From Macrostomum lignano (taxonomy: Eukaryota), in the NCBI GenBank assembly GCA_002269645.1, contig NIVC01000109.1:186001-250000 (forward strand): a DNA stretch of 64,000 nt, written 5' to 3'. The notes below the pieces were generated by a model. The model saw only the letters and a list, made by a program, of their open reading frames with translations, made no database searches and was not told the DNA's origin. The translations under genes were made by a program, and so were the position numbers. Below, piece by piece: positions 24,225 through 38,800 of the stretch. Numbering within the stretch: position 1 is the stretch's first letter; each line of letters begins with the position of its first letter.

Positions 24225-26691
24225 TTAGCGCACCTCTTCAATATTCATTTCTGTGCGTCTCTTTTGCTGCTTTGGTGAATTTTGCGTATCCGCAGACTTT
24301 CCGGGTTCGTCCTCGCTCGCCGATCTGCCAATCCGCCTGCTATCGATCTTTCTGATGGTACAGGAGGCGAGCAGCTGAGCCAGCAGGTCGACAAGCTCCA
24401 TAAGAGTGATGACAGAGACGCCAAGCCAAAGGCCTGCAGGGATTTAAGCGGATTAGAATATTTAAAAAGTCAATAGTTACGTCCAATTTTGGTTTTGAGT
24501 AAGTTCGACGGCGCCAGAGATGCAGAAAAGTTGACTTGAACCCATTGAACCCATTGAAAACATGAGTATTACCGAGAATGCCGCCCAGATCGGAGAAGAA
24601 GTCCTTCAGCAAGTAGGCAAACTCCTCGGTAGAAACTGTGACCTTAGAAGAGAGAGTGAAAACCTTGACAATGCCGTAGCTCTCCTTGAGCTCCTTGGAC
24701 ACAGAGTCCCTGGCGTTATTCAGCTCTAAATAAAAGCGATCAGCCTGTTTGACCGCAGAAATCAGCGTGTTCAGTGCGAGCATAACAGGTCCATTGACCA
24801 TCAGGATCTGTGCAGGCGGCCAGGGATCCGAAATTCGAGTAGCCGGGAAGCTGGTTTGCTGGCATAGCTTCTGGCAAGCCTCCGATCCGCGAATGCCAGA
24901 CTTCGCGTGACTCTGGAGTACTCGGTTGAAGCACTTTAGGCGGGCAGACAAGCGATCGAACTCGACTTGTCTCTGGGTGACAAACAGTTCCATCGGCTCC
25001 TGCAGACTCGAGTCATTAGTGATAGTGTAGCTATAGCCTAGACCACTGCCGATAGGCACGCTGGTGATGCTGCGGAAGGCCACCTGTAACGCGAGCAGAT
25101 ATAGATTTTTGCATTTTATTACAGAGCGCACTTGAGCTTGAAGTGAGAGTTTGTAGGTCAAACAACAGTTGCTCCAAAGCTTAGCCAATCAGCTTGCATA
25201 GGTCAGGATAGCTTGCACTGAAATTTCATGTCTATATGCCAGCTTAAACTCTTAAAAATTTTCAAATCTTACTCTGTTGTCCTAAATAGATAAAAATTCC
25301 ATGTTGGTAATGCATGAAAACGGGAGTCTGGATTTTGATACCTCATAAGGAAGCTCGTGGCACACTGGCCAGAGCTGCATCAAGTCAGCTGGCAGGGCCA
25401 GATGCTCTCCAAGACAGCCGCATTCTTTCACAAACTCCAGCTGCTGCAGGCGGATCAGACAGTCGTTCTCCGTTGAAAAGAAGGTGGCATTCTCAAAGTC
25501 ACCGGGTCTTGAGTAGTCGGTCACGTAGGTCGAATTGGGTAAGCTCTCTGCGCAAGGATTCTCTCGTCTGTTTAGAGTATTTTCAATTTTTGGTGTGAAC
25601 TCGATCGCAGTCTTGGTGGCTAGTGGAGCCGTGAGAGCCGTGTTCATGTCGGGTCTGAAACCTGTAACAGCAAACGCGGAAGATGCTTCATATCAGATTA
25701 GCATTCTCAATTAAGTGTACCGGTAGTCACACATAGCATGCGTATTGTACTGTATTCCTCTTGTCTAACCTGGTTCGTGTAGTGCAACCTTGAAAGCATT
25801 TGAGCCCTCCATCTGCTCGCGGCTGTTGTAGAAGGACATGCCCCTATGGTACAGCAGCAGGAATAGGCCACCGCGCTCGCCCTTCTGGGCAAGAACTCTA
25901 CTATCAGGTTGAAAAGTCATGCAGGCGAAGCTGAAAAAGCATAAATATATACTTGAGAGCCGTCTGTTTAAAACAGCACTAATACCAGATTAAATACTTG
26001 CTTACTAGTTTTCGTCCTTGTAATACGTAAAGTTCAAGAAGCTGCATTTCAGATAGTTGAACTCGCAATAAATCACTGACTCGTGAGTTTCCTGGTAGGG
26101 CTTTGCCTTGAAGAACTGCCCTCTCAGAGAGTGTCGGCTGTTCTCGAACGATCCTGGGGCAATCCTCGGTGCCGGGCGGCTCCAGTTCGAGTCAAATTCG
26201 AGACGGTAGTAAAGCTTGCCAATGTTAGTTGCCATATCCGATGGACTGATTGAGACGCCTAAAAGTGATGCTTGAATTTTGGTTAATCTGATAATTTTTT
26301 TTAATTTTGATATCTGTGAAACCATTTAGTACTTTATGGCTAGGCTTCAAACACCCTCACGTCTGTCATTCACAGTTCCTTCAATGTTAGAGCTTCGGTG
26401 GCGAGCTCTAAAAATGTAGTCGGTTGGACAGATCGTGACCCAAGGAAACAGCACCGGCGTCTTCTCGCTGTACTCGGTGTTGATCGGCGGCTCGATGCAC
26501 TTCATGGCCAGCTGGTGCAGGTGGACCCCGAATCCGCAGCTGGAACCGATGATGACGCAGAGCCAGACCAGCCTCTGCGGTGTCGAGCCGCTGGTTAGTC
26601 GAGCGACTCCGTGAGCCGAGGTTCGCTCAGCAAACGCCGCAAGTAAATTAGTCCGGTTTTCGTTGCGCTCCTGAGCTTCTTCACCTGCCAT
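24225..26691 (-). CDS. DEG/ENaC (amiloride-sensitive sodium channel family) subunit, paralogue B, 6 exons, about 594 aa
   Basis: Exons 26691-26361, 26258-26006, 25930-25770, 25661-25342, 25083-24573, 24433-24225 are phase-consistent (1785 nt) with GT-AG sites. Motifs: TSAHGV, TM1, FPWVTIC, YCEFNYLKC, ECGC thumb, PWP, FSDLGGILGLWLGVSVIT (TM2 with GxS filter). Confidence 0.9.
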
Positions 26692-27087
26692 GTTAGCTAT
26701 TGAGATGAGGGAAGCATTGGAATTTCCGTTGAACCAGGAGAAGCTCCCGCCTGCAACGAAAGATAAATACTTAAGTAAACAAGGCGATACTTTGAATATT
26801 TTATTACATAGTAGCTAAGCTAGATATCCCGATTCACAAAGTTTCTATGCCTTTGGGGCCTTGTCAGTTGCCAAGGCTGACGAAGTCTGTTTATGTTGGA
26901 AACTTTTATCCTATTCAAGGCAATAGAGACAGTAAACACGTGCCGACGCTGCATTGCTGCTGAGCATATCACGGGAAAATGAATTGACTGCACCCTTTGT
27001 AGTTGAGAGCGTAATTTCAAAGAGAAAACAATCCTGCAGTTGAATATAAGAATCAAACTATCTTTTTGATTTGATGCAGAGTGCATA

Positions 27088-28396
<1,309 letters not shown>

Positions 28397-28639
28397 ATGC
28401 AGAGTGCATAATAAATTTTCATTTAATAGTCACACAAAAAGACAGAGAAGATTTTACGAATCTAAGAGGAATGCTCGTTAATGTCTCGGAAAAATGCACT
28501 TAGAAATGAGGTAAAGCAGCGAAACTTGATTGATATTCTTAGACAAATGTTGGCTGTAGTGGCCTAATTTCCACTGGCACCACTGCCCACCCTGACTGAT
28601 CGAGACAGGCGCTTCGCAATCCTCGTGCCGTTTCAACTG

Positions 28640-28739
28640 GGTCAGTCGAACGACTCCGTGAGCCGACTTTAGCTTCAACGAACGCCACGAGTAAACTGGT
28701 CCGGTTTTCGTTGCGCTCCGCAGCTTCTTCACCTGGCAT
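28640..28739 (-). pseudogene. Truncated DEG/ENaC exon-1 remnant (C)
   Basis: MPGEEAAERNENRTSLLVAFVE, then a frameshift into SAHGVVRLT; homology to B is lost after about 100 nt. Confidence 0.75.
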
Positions 28740-29029
28740 AGTACAGTCCAGATGATATGGTTGGCATCGATGAATTATAGGCGGGATGCATATATGAAAC
28801 GAAACATAGTAAAGAAAATGTACGCGACTCCGGTGCGACGATCAAAATAAAAAAAACTGTGATGTGATTCCTCAGTTTTAAAGCGTGCATCAATTTTTAT
28901 GGAACGTTTTTCCTGAAAACATCAATCATAATGAAAAATTGGGCTTTGATAAGTGTTTGAAATTTGTTATAAATTCTTTTATTGTAAGATCAGTGTGCAG
29001 TCAGGCTAGAAAGTTAGCCGTTAACTAGC

Positions 29030-30100
29030 AATCTACGCCCCCCGTTGGGGAGCCAAAGAAATGCAATACACGTTTTTTTAATAAGCTACATGTATCCTTG
29101 AAATCTTAAAAAATCTCCTGTCAAACATTGTAAGCCTTGACATGTCAGTTATCCCCCCCACAAGCTTTAACATATCAACTTCCCCCTTGACATCTCAGCA
29201 ATGCCCCCAATAAGCCTTGGAAATCTAAAAATATCTGTCAACCTTCTAACCCTAACCCTAGCCTAACCCTAACCCTAACCCTAACCCTAACCCTAACCTA
29301 ACCCTAAAGCATTGAAATTTCAGTAATTCTCCCTAAGAGTCATTATAGCACTACTACAGCATTATAGCGATTCCTTGCAAGCCTCGACATCGTAGGGATT
29401 CCCAAATGAATCTCTTAACTTCGACATGAAGCTTCTTTTATTTTTTACATTACGCTTTTTTATCAGCGATTCCTCCCCTAAGGAGGCATCAAATAATGTA
29501 ATAAAAAGTTTTCAATAAACTACATGTAGCTTCTGACTTTAGCCTTGAAATCTCATTTATACCCCCGTGAGCCTTGACATCTCAGCTATTCCCCCCGTAA
29601 GCCTTGACATGTCAGCAATGGCCCCCATAAACCTTGAAATCTAAAAAATCCCCTGTTAACCTTGAAACCCGATAAAATATAACCCTCAACCCACACCTGA
29701 CCTAAACCTAACTTTAACCCAACCTAAAGCCTTGAAATCTCAGCAATTCTTCTCCCCTAAGCCTTAACATTTTAGTGATTCCTTCTTTAAGAATCACAGC
29801 ACTATAACGATTTCCACCAAGCTTTGACATCGTAGCAATTCCCAAATGAATCTTTTAACTTCGACATGACTTTTCTTTTATGTATACATAGTGCTACTTT
29901 TATTTTTTACATGACTTTTCTTCTATCAGCGCCCCCCCCGTGACGAGCCAACAAAGAATGCAATAAAAAAATGGAGTAAAGTACATGAACTTTGAAGTAG
30001 CTTCTGACTTTTGCTTTGACATCTCAGAAACCCCCCCCCCGTAATCTCAGTTATTCTCTGAGAGCCTTGACGTCTCAGTTTTTCTCCCCAGCACAGCATT
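29030..30100. repeat. About 2.5 diverged copies of a roughly 420-450-bp unit rich in AGCCTTGACAT motifs
   Basis: Matching blocks near 29030/29465/29925 and 29198/29615. Confidence 0.7.
29246..29307. repeat. Interstitial telomere-type (TAACCC)n tract, about 10 units
   Basis: CTAACCCTAACCC... seen directly; reverse complement is TTAGGG. Confidence 0.9.
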
Positions 30101-30220
30101 ATAGTTGCATTTAATTTTTACATGAACCCTTCATGTCTGACATGACGTTTCTTTTATTCTACCGTGACGCTTCTTAATTTTTTAAATGACACTTTCATTA
30201 GTTTTTAAATGAGGCTTCTA

Positions 30221-33200
30221 TGATTTTTTCTTGATGCTTCTATGATTTTTACATGACGCTTCTATGATTTTTTACATGACGCTTCTATGATTGTTTACAT
30301 GACGCTTCTATGATTGTTTACATGACGCTTCTATGATTTTTTACATGACGCTTCTATGATTTTTTACATGACGCTTCTATGATTGTTTACATGACGCTTC
30401 TATGATTGTTTACATGACGCTTCTATGATTGTTTACATGACGCTTCTATGATTGTTTACATGACGCTTCTATGATTTTTACATGACGCTTCTATGATTTT
30501 TTACATGACGCTTTTATGATTGTTTACATGACGCTTCTATGATTGTTTACATGACGCTTCTATGATTGTTTACATGACGCCTCTACGATTTTTTACATGA
30601 CGCTTCTATGATTGTTTACATGACGCTTCTATGATTTTTTACATGACGCTTCTATGATTGTTTACAGTACGCTTCTATGATTTTTTACATGACGCTTCTA
30701 TGATTGTTTACATGACGCTTCTATGATTGTTTACATGACGCTTCTATGATTGTTTACATGACGCTTCTACGATTTTTTACATGACGCTTCTATGATTGTT
30801 ACATGACGCTTCTATGATTTTTTACATGACGCTTCTATGATTGTTTACATGACGCTTCTATGATTTTTTACATGGCGCTTCTATGATTGTTTACATGACG
30901 CTTCTATGATTTTTTACATGACGCTTCTATGATTGTTTACATGACGCTTCTATGATTTTTTACATGACGCTTCTATGATTGTTTACATGACGCTTCTATG
31001 ATTTTTTACATGGCGCTTCTATGATTGTTTACATGACGCTTCTATGATTGTTTACATGACGCTTCTAAGATTTTTTACATGACGCTTTTATGATTTTTTA
31101 CATGACGCTTCTAAGATTTTTTACATGACGCTTCTATGATTTTTTACATGACGCTTCTATGATTTTTTACATGACGCTTCTATGATTTTTTACATGACGC
31201 TTCTATGATTGTTTACATGACGCTTCTAAGATTTTTTACATGACGCTTCTACGATTTTTTACATGACGCTTTTATGATTGTTTACATGACGCTTTTATGA
31301 TTTTTTCCATGACGCTTCTATGATTTTTTACATGACGCTTCTATGATTGTTTACATGACGCTTCTATGATTGTTTACATGACGCTTCTATGATTGTTTAC
31401 ATGACGCTTCTATGATTGTTTACATGACGCTTCTATGATTGTTTACATGACGCTTCTATGATTTTTAAATGACGCTTCTATGTTTGTTTACATGACGCTT
31501 CTACGATTTTTATATGACGCTTCTAAGATTTTTTACATGACGCTTCTACGATTTTTTACATGACGCTTTTATGATTGTTTACATGACGCTTCTACGATTT
31601 TTATATGACGCTTCTATGATTTTTTACATGACGCTTCTACGATTTTTTACATGACGCTTCTACGATTGTTTACATGACGCTTCTATGATTGTTTACATGA
31701 CGCTTCTATGATTTTTTACATGACGCTTCTACGATTTTTTACATGACGCTTCTATGATTGTTTACATGACGCTTCTATGATTTTTTACATGACGCTTCTA
31801 TGATTGTTTACATGACGCTTCTATGATTGTTTACATGACGCTTCTATGATTGTTTACATGACGCTTCTATGATTGTTTACATGACGCTTCTATGATTGTT
31901 TACATGACGCTTCTATGATTTTTTAATGACGCTTCTATGATTGTTTACATGACGCTTCTACGATTTTTACATGACGCTTCTATGATTGTTTACATGACGC
32001 TTCTATGATTGTTTACATGACGCTTCTATGATTTTTATATGACGCTTCTATGATTGTTTACATGACGCTTCTTGATTGTTTACATGACGCTTCTATGATT
32101 GTTTACATGACGCTTCTATGATTTTTTACATGACGCTTCTATGATTGTTTACATGACGCTTCTATGATTTTTTACATGACGCTTCTATGATTGTTTACAT
32201 GACGTTTCTATGATTTTTTACATGACGCTTCTATGATTGTTTACATGACGCTTCTATGATTGCTTACATGACGCTTCTAAGATTTTTTACATGACGCTTC
32301 TACGATTTTTTACATGACGCTTTTATGATTGTTTACATGACGCTTCTACGATTTTTATATGACGCTTCTATGATATTTTACATGACGCTTCTATGATTTT
32401 TTACATGACGCTTCTATGATTGTTTACATGACGCTTCTATGATTTTTTACATGACGCTTCTATGATTGTTTACATGACGCTTTTATGATTGTTTACATGA
32501 CGCTTCTATGATTGTTTACATGACGCTTCTAAGATTTTTTACATGACGCTTCTATGATTTTTTACATGACGCTTCTATGATTGTTTACATGACGCTTCTA
32601 TGATTGTTTACATGACGCTTCTATGATTGTTTACATGACGCTTCTACGATTTTTTACATGACGCTTCTATGATTGTTTTCATGACGTTTCTATGATTTTT
32701 TACATGACGCTTCTATGATTGTTTACATGACGCTTCTATGATTGTTTACATGACGCTTCTATGATTTTTTACATGACGCTTCTATGATTGTTTACATGAC
32801 GCTTCTATGATTTTTACATGACGCTTCTATGATTTTTACATGACGCTTCTATGATTGTTTGCATGACGCTTCTATGATTGTTTACATGACGCTTCTATGA
32901 TTGTTTAACATGACGCTTCTATGATTGTTTACATGACGCTTCTATGATTTTTTACATGACGCTTCTATGATTGTTTACATGACGCTTCTATGATTTTTTA
33001 CATGACGCTTCTATGATTTTTTACATGACGCTTCTATGATTTTTACATGACGCTTCTATGATTGTTTACATGACGCTTCTATGATTGTTTACATGACGCT
33101 TCTATGATTGTTTACATGACGCTTCTATGATTGTTTACATGACGCTTCTATGATTTTTACATGACGCTTCTATGATTGTTTACATGACGCTTCTATGATT

Positions 33201-34370
33201 TTTACATGACGCTTCTATGATTTTTTACATGACGCTTCTATGATTGTTTTACATGACGCTTCTATGATTGTTTACATGACGCTTCTATGATTGTTTACAT
33301 GACGCTTCTATGATTTTTACATGACGCTTCTATGATTGTTTACATGACGCTTCTATGATTGTTTACATGACGCTTCTATGATTTTTACATGACGCTTCTA
33401 TGATTTTTTACATGACGCTTCTATGATTGTTTACATGACGCTTCTATGATTTTTACATGACGCTTCTATGATTTTTTACATGACGCTTCTATGATTTTTT
33501 ACATGACGCTTCTATGATTGTTTACATGACGCTTCTATGATTTTTTATGACGCTTCTATGATTGTTTACATGACGCTTCTATGATTGTTTACATGACGCT
33601 TCTATGATTGTTTACATGACGCTTCTATGATTTTTTACATGACGCTTCTACGATTTTTTACATGACGCTTCTATGATTGTTTACATGACGCTTCTATGAT
33701 TTTTACATGACGCTTCTATGATTTTTTACATGACGCTTCTATGATTTTTTACATGACGCTTCTATGATTGTTTACATGACGCTTCTATGATTTTTTATGA
33801 CGCTTCTATGATTGTTTACATGACGCTTCTATGATTGTTTACATGACGCTTCTATGATTTTTTACATGACGCTTCTATGATTGTTTACATGACGCTTCTA
33901 TGATTTTTACATGACGCTTCTATGATTTTTACATGACGCTTCTATGATTGTTTACATGACGCTTCTATGATTGTTTACATGACGCTTCTATGATTGTTAA
34001 TGACGCTTCTATGATTGTTTACATGACGCTTCTATGATTTTTTACATGACGCTTCTATGATTGTTTACATGACGCTTCTATGATTTTTTACATGACGCTT
34101 CTACGATTTTTACATGACGCTTCTATGATTGTTTACATGACGCTTCTATGATTGTTTACATGACGCTTCTATGATTGTTTACATGACGCTTCTACGATTT
34201 TTTACATGACGCTTCTATGATTGTTTACATGACGCTTCTATGATTGTTTACATGACGCTTCTATGATTGTTTACATGACGCTTCTTTACATGACGCTTCT
34301 ATGATTGTTTACATGACGCTTCTACATGACGCTTCTTTACATGACGCTGACATGACGCTTCTACGATTTT
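30221..34370. repeat. 4.1-kb 23-bp satellite (about 180 units)
   Basis: Unit ACATGACGCTTCTATGATT(G/T)TTT with 22-bp variants. Confidence 0.97.
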
Positions 34371-35225
34371 AAAAAGTCTTTTAGTTTTCCTGACGTTGAA
34401 AAGCTTTAATTAAAAAAATTATACTCAAATTCAAACCATCGAAAATTCAAACCATCGTCACTGCATTTAGCAGTTCAGTTTGTTCACCTTTAGGCTAGCT
34501 CTCATCGTTTTGATAACATCAACTTTTGCACTTATATAACTCAACACTTTTAAATCCAAGCATAGAGTAAATCACACGAAGCAGTTATGACATAATCAGT
34601 TTCTCAGTCAGTCAGTATCAGTTAACAATATGGTTACGCAATTTAAATCAAGTCTGGTGCTACGCTTCCAAACTGCATTTTCAATTCAAGTCGGAGTTAC
34701 AATTCAGTTATGATGCAATCTATTTCAGAGTCAGAATTCAACCAGTCAGTTTTTCTCTAGCATTCTTACAATGCATTTCAAGTCAAAAAGTTTGCTTGAC
34801 CTTTGCAAAAAAGCATGTTTTTCGAATATTTAATGCCTTTAGCATCGAGCAATTTCTTAGCCACGATGCATGTACCGTCACGGGAAAATTTCTAATCGAA
34901 CAGTGCAAGTTCGAACAAAATCGGTCCAGCCATTTTTTCTCTAATCTATCACATATATATATATAGACATCACATTTTTAGTATATAGGATGAATTGGCC
35001 TGATTTAAAGAGTCAAATTATAAAAAACAGTTTCTCACTGTCCATGCATTGGGGATTCTGTAGTACCTCAGGGTCCATCCGGAACTCAACTACGAGTCTT
35101 CCGCCTGAGGTTATTCAGGTTCCGGTAAGTGCTAAGTGAAAAGCTTTGAAGTCGGTTATTGGTAGACAATCCGAGGACCTTGCTAAACCATTTAATCCGT
35201 AGTAGCGATAGGCGGTGTGTACAAC

Positions 35226-35369
35226 GGGTTGTAGCCTGCTAAGAGGTTGTAGCCCGCTAAGGGGTTGTAGCCTGCTAAGGGGTTGTAGCCCGCTAAGGGG
35301 TTGTAGCCCGCTAAGGGATTGTAGCCTGCTAAGGGGTTGTAGCCCGCTAAGGGGTTGTAGCCCGCTAAG
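35226..35369 (+). repeat. 8 x 18-bp array derived from the SINE 5' end
   Basis: Unit GGGTTGTAGCC(C/T)GCTAAG directly precedes the head GGGTTGTAGCCTAGTGG. Confidence 0.92.
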
Positions 35370-35620
35370 GGGTTGTAGCCTAGTGGTTAGAGCGTCTGAC
35401 TCACGACTGTAAGGTCGAGGGTTCGAGTCTCGACCCACTCAGAAAAATTTCTGTCCTTAAGCAAAACATTTAGCTGGGGTAATTGAGGATGTGTGACGAC
35501 CCCCAGTCTTTGGACTGACACAGCCCTACACAGCCTTCAGATGCGCCGCGCAATAGCTGCAGCTGAGCTGTTGGTTGCACATCTGGCCATTAGGGTAGGT
35601 GTAATAAATTATTATTATTA
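35370..35620 (+). mobile_element. tRNA-derived SINE (Val-CAC-like head)
   Basis: 72-nt tRNA-like head at 35370-35441 with A box TAGCCTAGTGG and B box GGTTCGAGTC, a broken anticodon stem, about 170 nt of body and an (ATT)n tail. Confidence 0.72.
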
Positions 35621-35822
35621 CTGATAGTAATTAATAAATTTCCATTTGAATGCAAAGAGCTATCATTTGATAGCAAAATAATTAAAAGCATCACACATTT
35701 GTGTAGCGCTTTGCCATGCACAGATTTGTTTATATCTTTGAGTTATTTATGATTTTACATACACCAAAACGAAGCCAAGGGGAATTTTGTGACATGATTC
35801 CGATTGCGTAACATTTCAAAGC

Positions 35823-38800
35823 TCAAGTGCCAGCTTCAATGTCAATTTTGTTATTGGCCACCCGAAGCAAGCAGAAGCTGATTATCTGGGCGCTGAATTC
35901 CACCACTTCCATCAGGGTGATGACCGAGACACCGACCCACAGACCTGAGAGATTGGGTAGATGACGGCTATCTGCGGTTTAATGCATAAAGTGTCGTTAG
36001 CTATACACAAAAACCAAGGACTCTTTTTAAGTAGAAGGACGGATCGTAGAAGCAGATCGAAAGCTCATAGGAGTATTTTTAGTATAAACATGCATCGATC
36101 TTCCTACAAAGAAGACTTCCTATATCCGTTGGGCATTATTAGCGCAAAATCAGCAGCCAAAATGGATTCTAAGAAACTAATAAGTTGCCCGACCTTCTAC
36201 CAAGGAACACTGTAGTAAAATAAAAAATCAAAGATCGTGTTGTTTTTACGACGCCAATTTCCGGGAAAAATACCCTGCGGAAATAAAAAGAATCGTTTTT
36301 TCATTAAAAAAGCAATATTATTGCATTTGATCTGGGGCAGTGAAGACTATCATTCCTTTAATTTAAGATGCAAAACGTGTTACTCTGTTGTAATTTATAC
36401 AGCTGTATAGTGAAAACTTCATTATCATATTGTATTTTTTATATCATCAGCCAAAACTAAAGTTGTAAATACTCACGAGTGAAACTTTGCTTTCTGTGAT
36501 GATAAAAATGATTCTTTTTTATCACCGAGTGCATTTTTTCCCAAAAGTTCCAAAAAAAGAGTTGGTCTCCTAAAAATTACACGATCATTGAGTTTTACGT
36601 CCTGTTATACTACAGTGGCCCTTGCCTTCTACTTTCGTCGTCCTTGCTACGAATAACTAGGATTAAATTCCGAAAAAACCCAGCTTTACAAACCTAGGAT
36701 GCCTCCCAAGTCGGAGAACACGTCTTTGAGAGTATAGGAGTACTCCTCCTTGGCTTTGGTTGCGTACTCCGAGCCGGAGAACACTTTCAGTACGGTGTAG
36801 CTTCTATCGATCTCCTCTCGGATCATTTTTTTCATCTTCTCAATTCGTCGCACTGAACGGCGCTGCTTCCTTGCTAGAGCTAGATTTTCCTTCAACAGAT
36901 GCCTCATCGCACTGTCAGTCTGAGACACTTTGTGCGGGCTCGGCCAGATATTAGAGCCACCGACGCTGGCTACGAAGCGAACTCGTCGGCACCGATGCTT
37001 GCAGGAGTTGCTTCGGCCAAGGCTGGCTGCACCGCGCTGCAGTTGGCGAGTGCGGACGGCCGCATAGCAGGCTGCGAGATTTGCTGAGCGATTAAACTCG
37101 CGCCACCGAGCTTCCAGGTACCGTTCCAGGCGGATGTATCCGTAACCGGATGTGCCATTGTTGTCCGCTGCGATCTCGTAGTGCAATTTACCATTGGAGC
37201 CAGTGACGGGTTTGATTTGTCGCAGTGGGACCTTGGAGACAGAAAAAAGTGGGGTTGGTCAACCTTAAACGATGGAATGGAGCCCTGCGACTAGAAATAG
37301 TACTTTGAGCATTCCAGCATTTTTAGTCTGAAAATTTTTCAACTCCATTTTGTTTAGTCCGGAGCTTCAATTTGGGCTCCGTTCCGGTGTATATGCTGAC
37401 CTCTTTAAATTCGCATCTCGACACCAAAAGGTAAAATATGCTCTTTGCTAGGGTGGCCTACCTTGTCAGGTAGCTCATGGCAGACGGGCCACCGCTGCAT
37501 CAGATCGGTTGGTAACGCTAGGTGGTCACCAAGGCAGCCGCATTCTTGAACAAACTCTAGCTGCTTGAGTCGAATCAAACAATCTTTCTCAGTTTCGATG
37601 AAGCTAGAATTCTGGATGTCTCTAGGCCTGGAGTAGTCCAGCGTATAGGTGACGTTGAACTCGCGCTCGGAACAGTGTGACTGGCGCCGGTCGACTCGAT
37701 CATCAATCCCGGTATCGAATCGCAGCAGGGCCTTGGTTGCAAGAGAAACTGACTGGGCTGCGCTCATATCTGGTTTGGTGCCTGGATTGCAGCGCAAATT
37801 GATCACAGCGTCGGTGAACAGTCATGACAATATATAATATGTTACGAAATAGCTATAAAAAACTGAGGATGAACATCAAGGTTTCGACGCGTTTCGCACT
37901 CCGAGGCGCATGATCTTCAGATTTTTTTGGGACGAGAGATCAGACAAGATAAATTTGTTACCTGAAGATTCACCTCCGAGTGCAGAACAGGTCCAAACCG
38001 AAAAGCTGTAATAATTCGTTTCCTATGTCTACTTATAGTTAAGCCGGCAAATCTTACTGAATGTATAATGAACTACAGATGTGATAATTTTCATCTTATT
38101 AAGACACAAGACAATGAAAAATTATTTTAATAGTTTCTGAGTAGTTTTGCTAGCTTTTGCGTCGACTCTAGATTACTTCAAAATTTTCGAATCCGTCGCT
38201 CCCATTGCGAACAACTACGAGCGCAATTACCATCGTTGACTTACATTGACAATAAAACTCTCTCGGTTTTAATATCCTGAAATAATTTCGAACCCGAAAA
38301 TCTGCTGTGCCTTACTGAAAGAATATCTACCAGTGCATATTGGAAAGAATGTGTGACTACTATCCATCCGATCTATTTACCTCTTTCATGCAAAGCCACT
38401 TTGAAAGTGGATGGATTCGAAATTTCGCCGCGCACATCGTAAAACGAGAGGCCATTGCTGTAGAGAACCAGAAACAGACCGTTGTCCTCGCCGGAGTAAG
38501 CGACGGCCCCTGATCCAGCTTTGAATACCACGCAGGCAAAGCTGAAGGGGGCGGGGATCCGTAACGAATGGCATGTAGATGACACTTGAGCTACTTTTGA
38601 GCATTCAGGTAGCTATGACTTAGTATGCCTCGGTAGTTGACCTTAAGATACGGTTTATGTGACTAGAACATCCAGCTGTTTTGAATGGGAAAAACATTAC
38701 GATCAACTTTGCACTCACTAAGTCTCATCCTTGTAGATGGAGAAGTTAAGAAAGCTGCAGCGCTGCGAGTTGAACTCGCAATAGACAACAGTTTCGTGCG

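Noticed and set aside
29246-29307. True chromosome end
   Set aside because: The tract is only about 60 bp and is flanked by genes on both sides.
35370-35441. Functional tRNA-Val(CAC) gene
   Set aside because: The anticodon stem (TCTGA/CTGTA) and acceptor stem are mispaired, and the head continues into a SINE-like body and (ATT)n tail.
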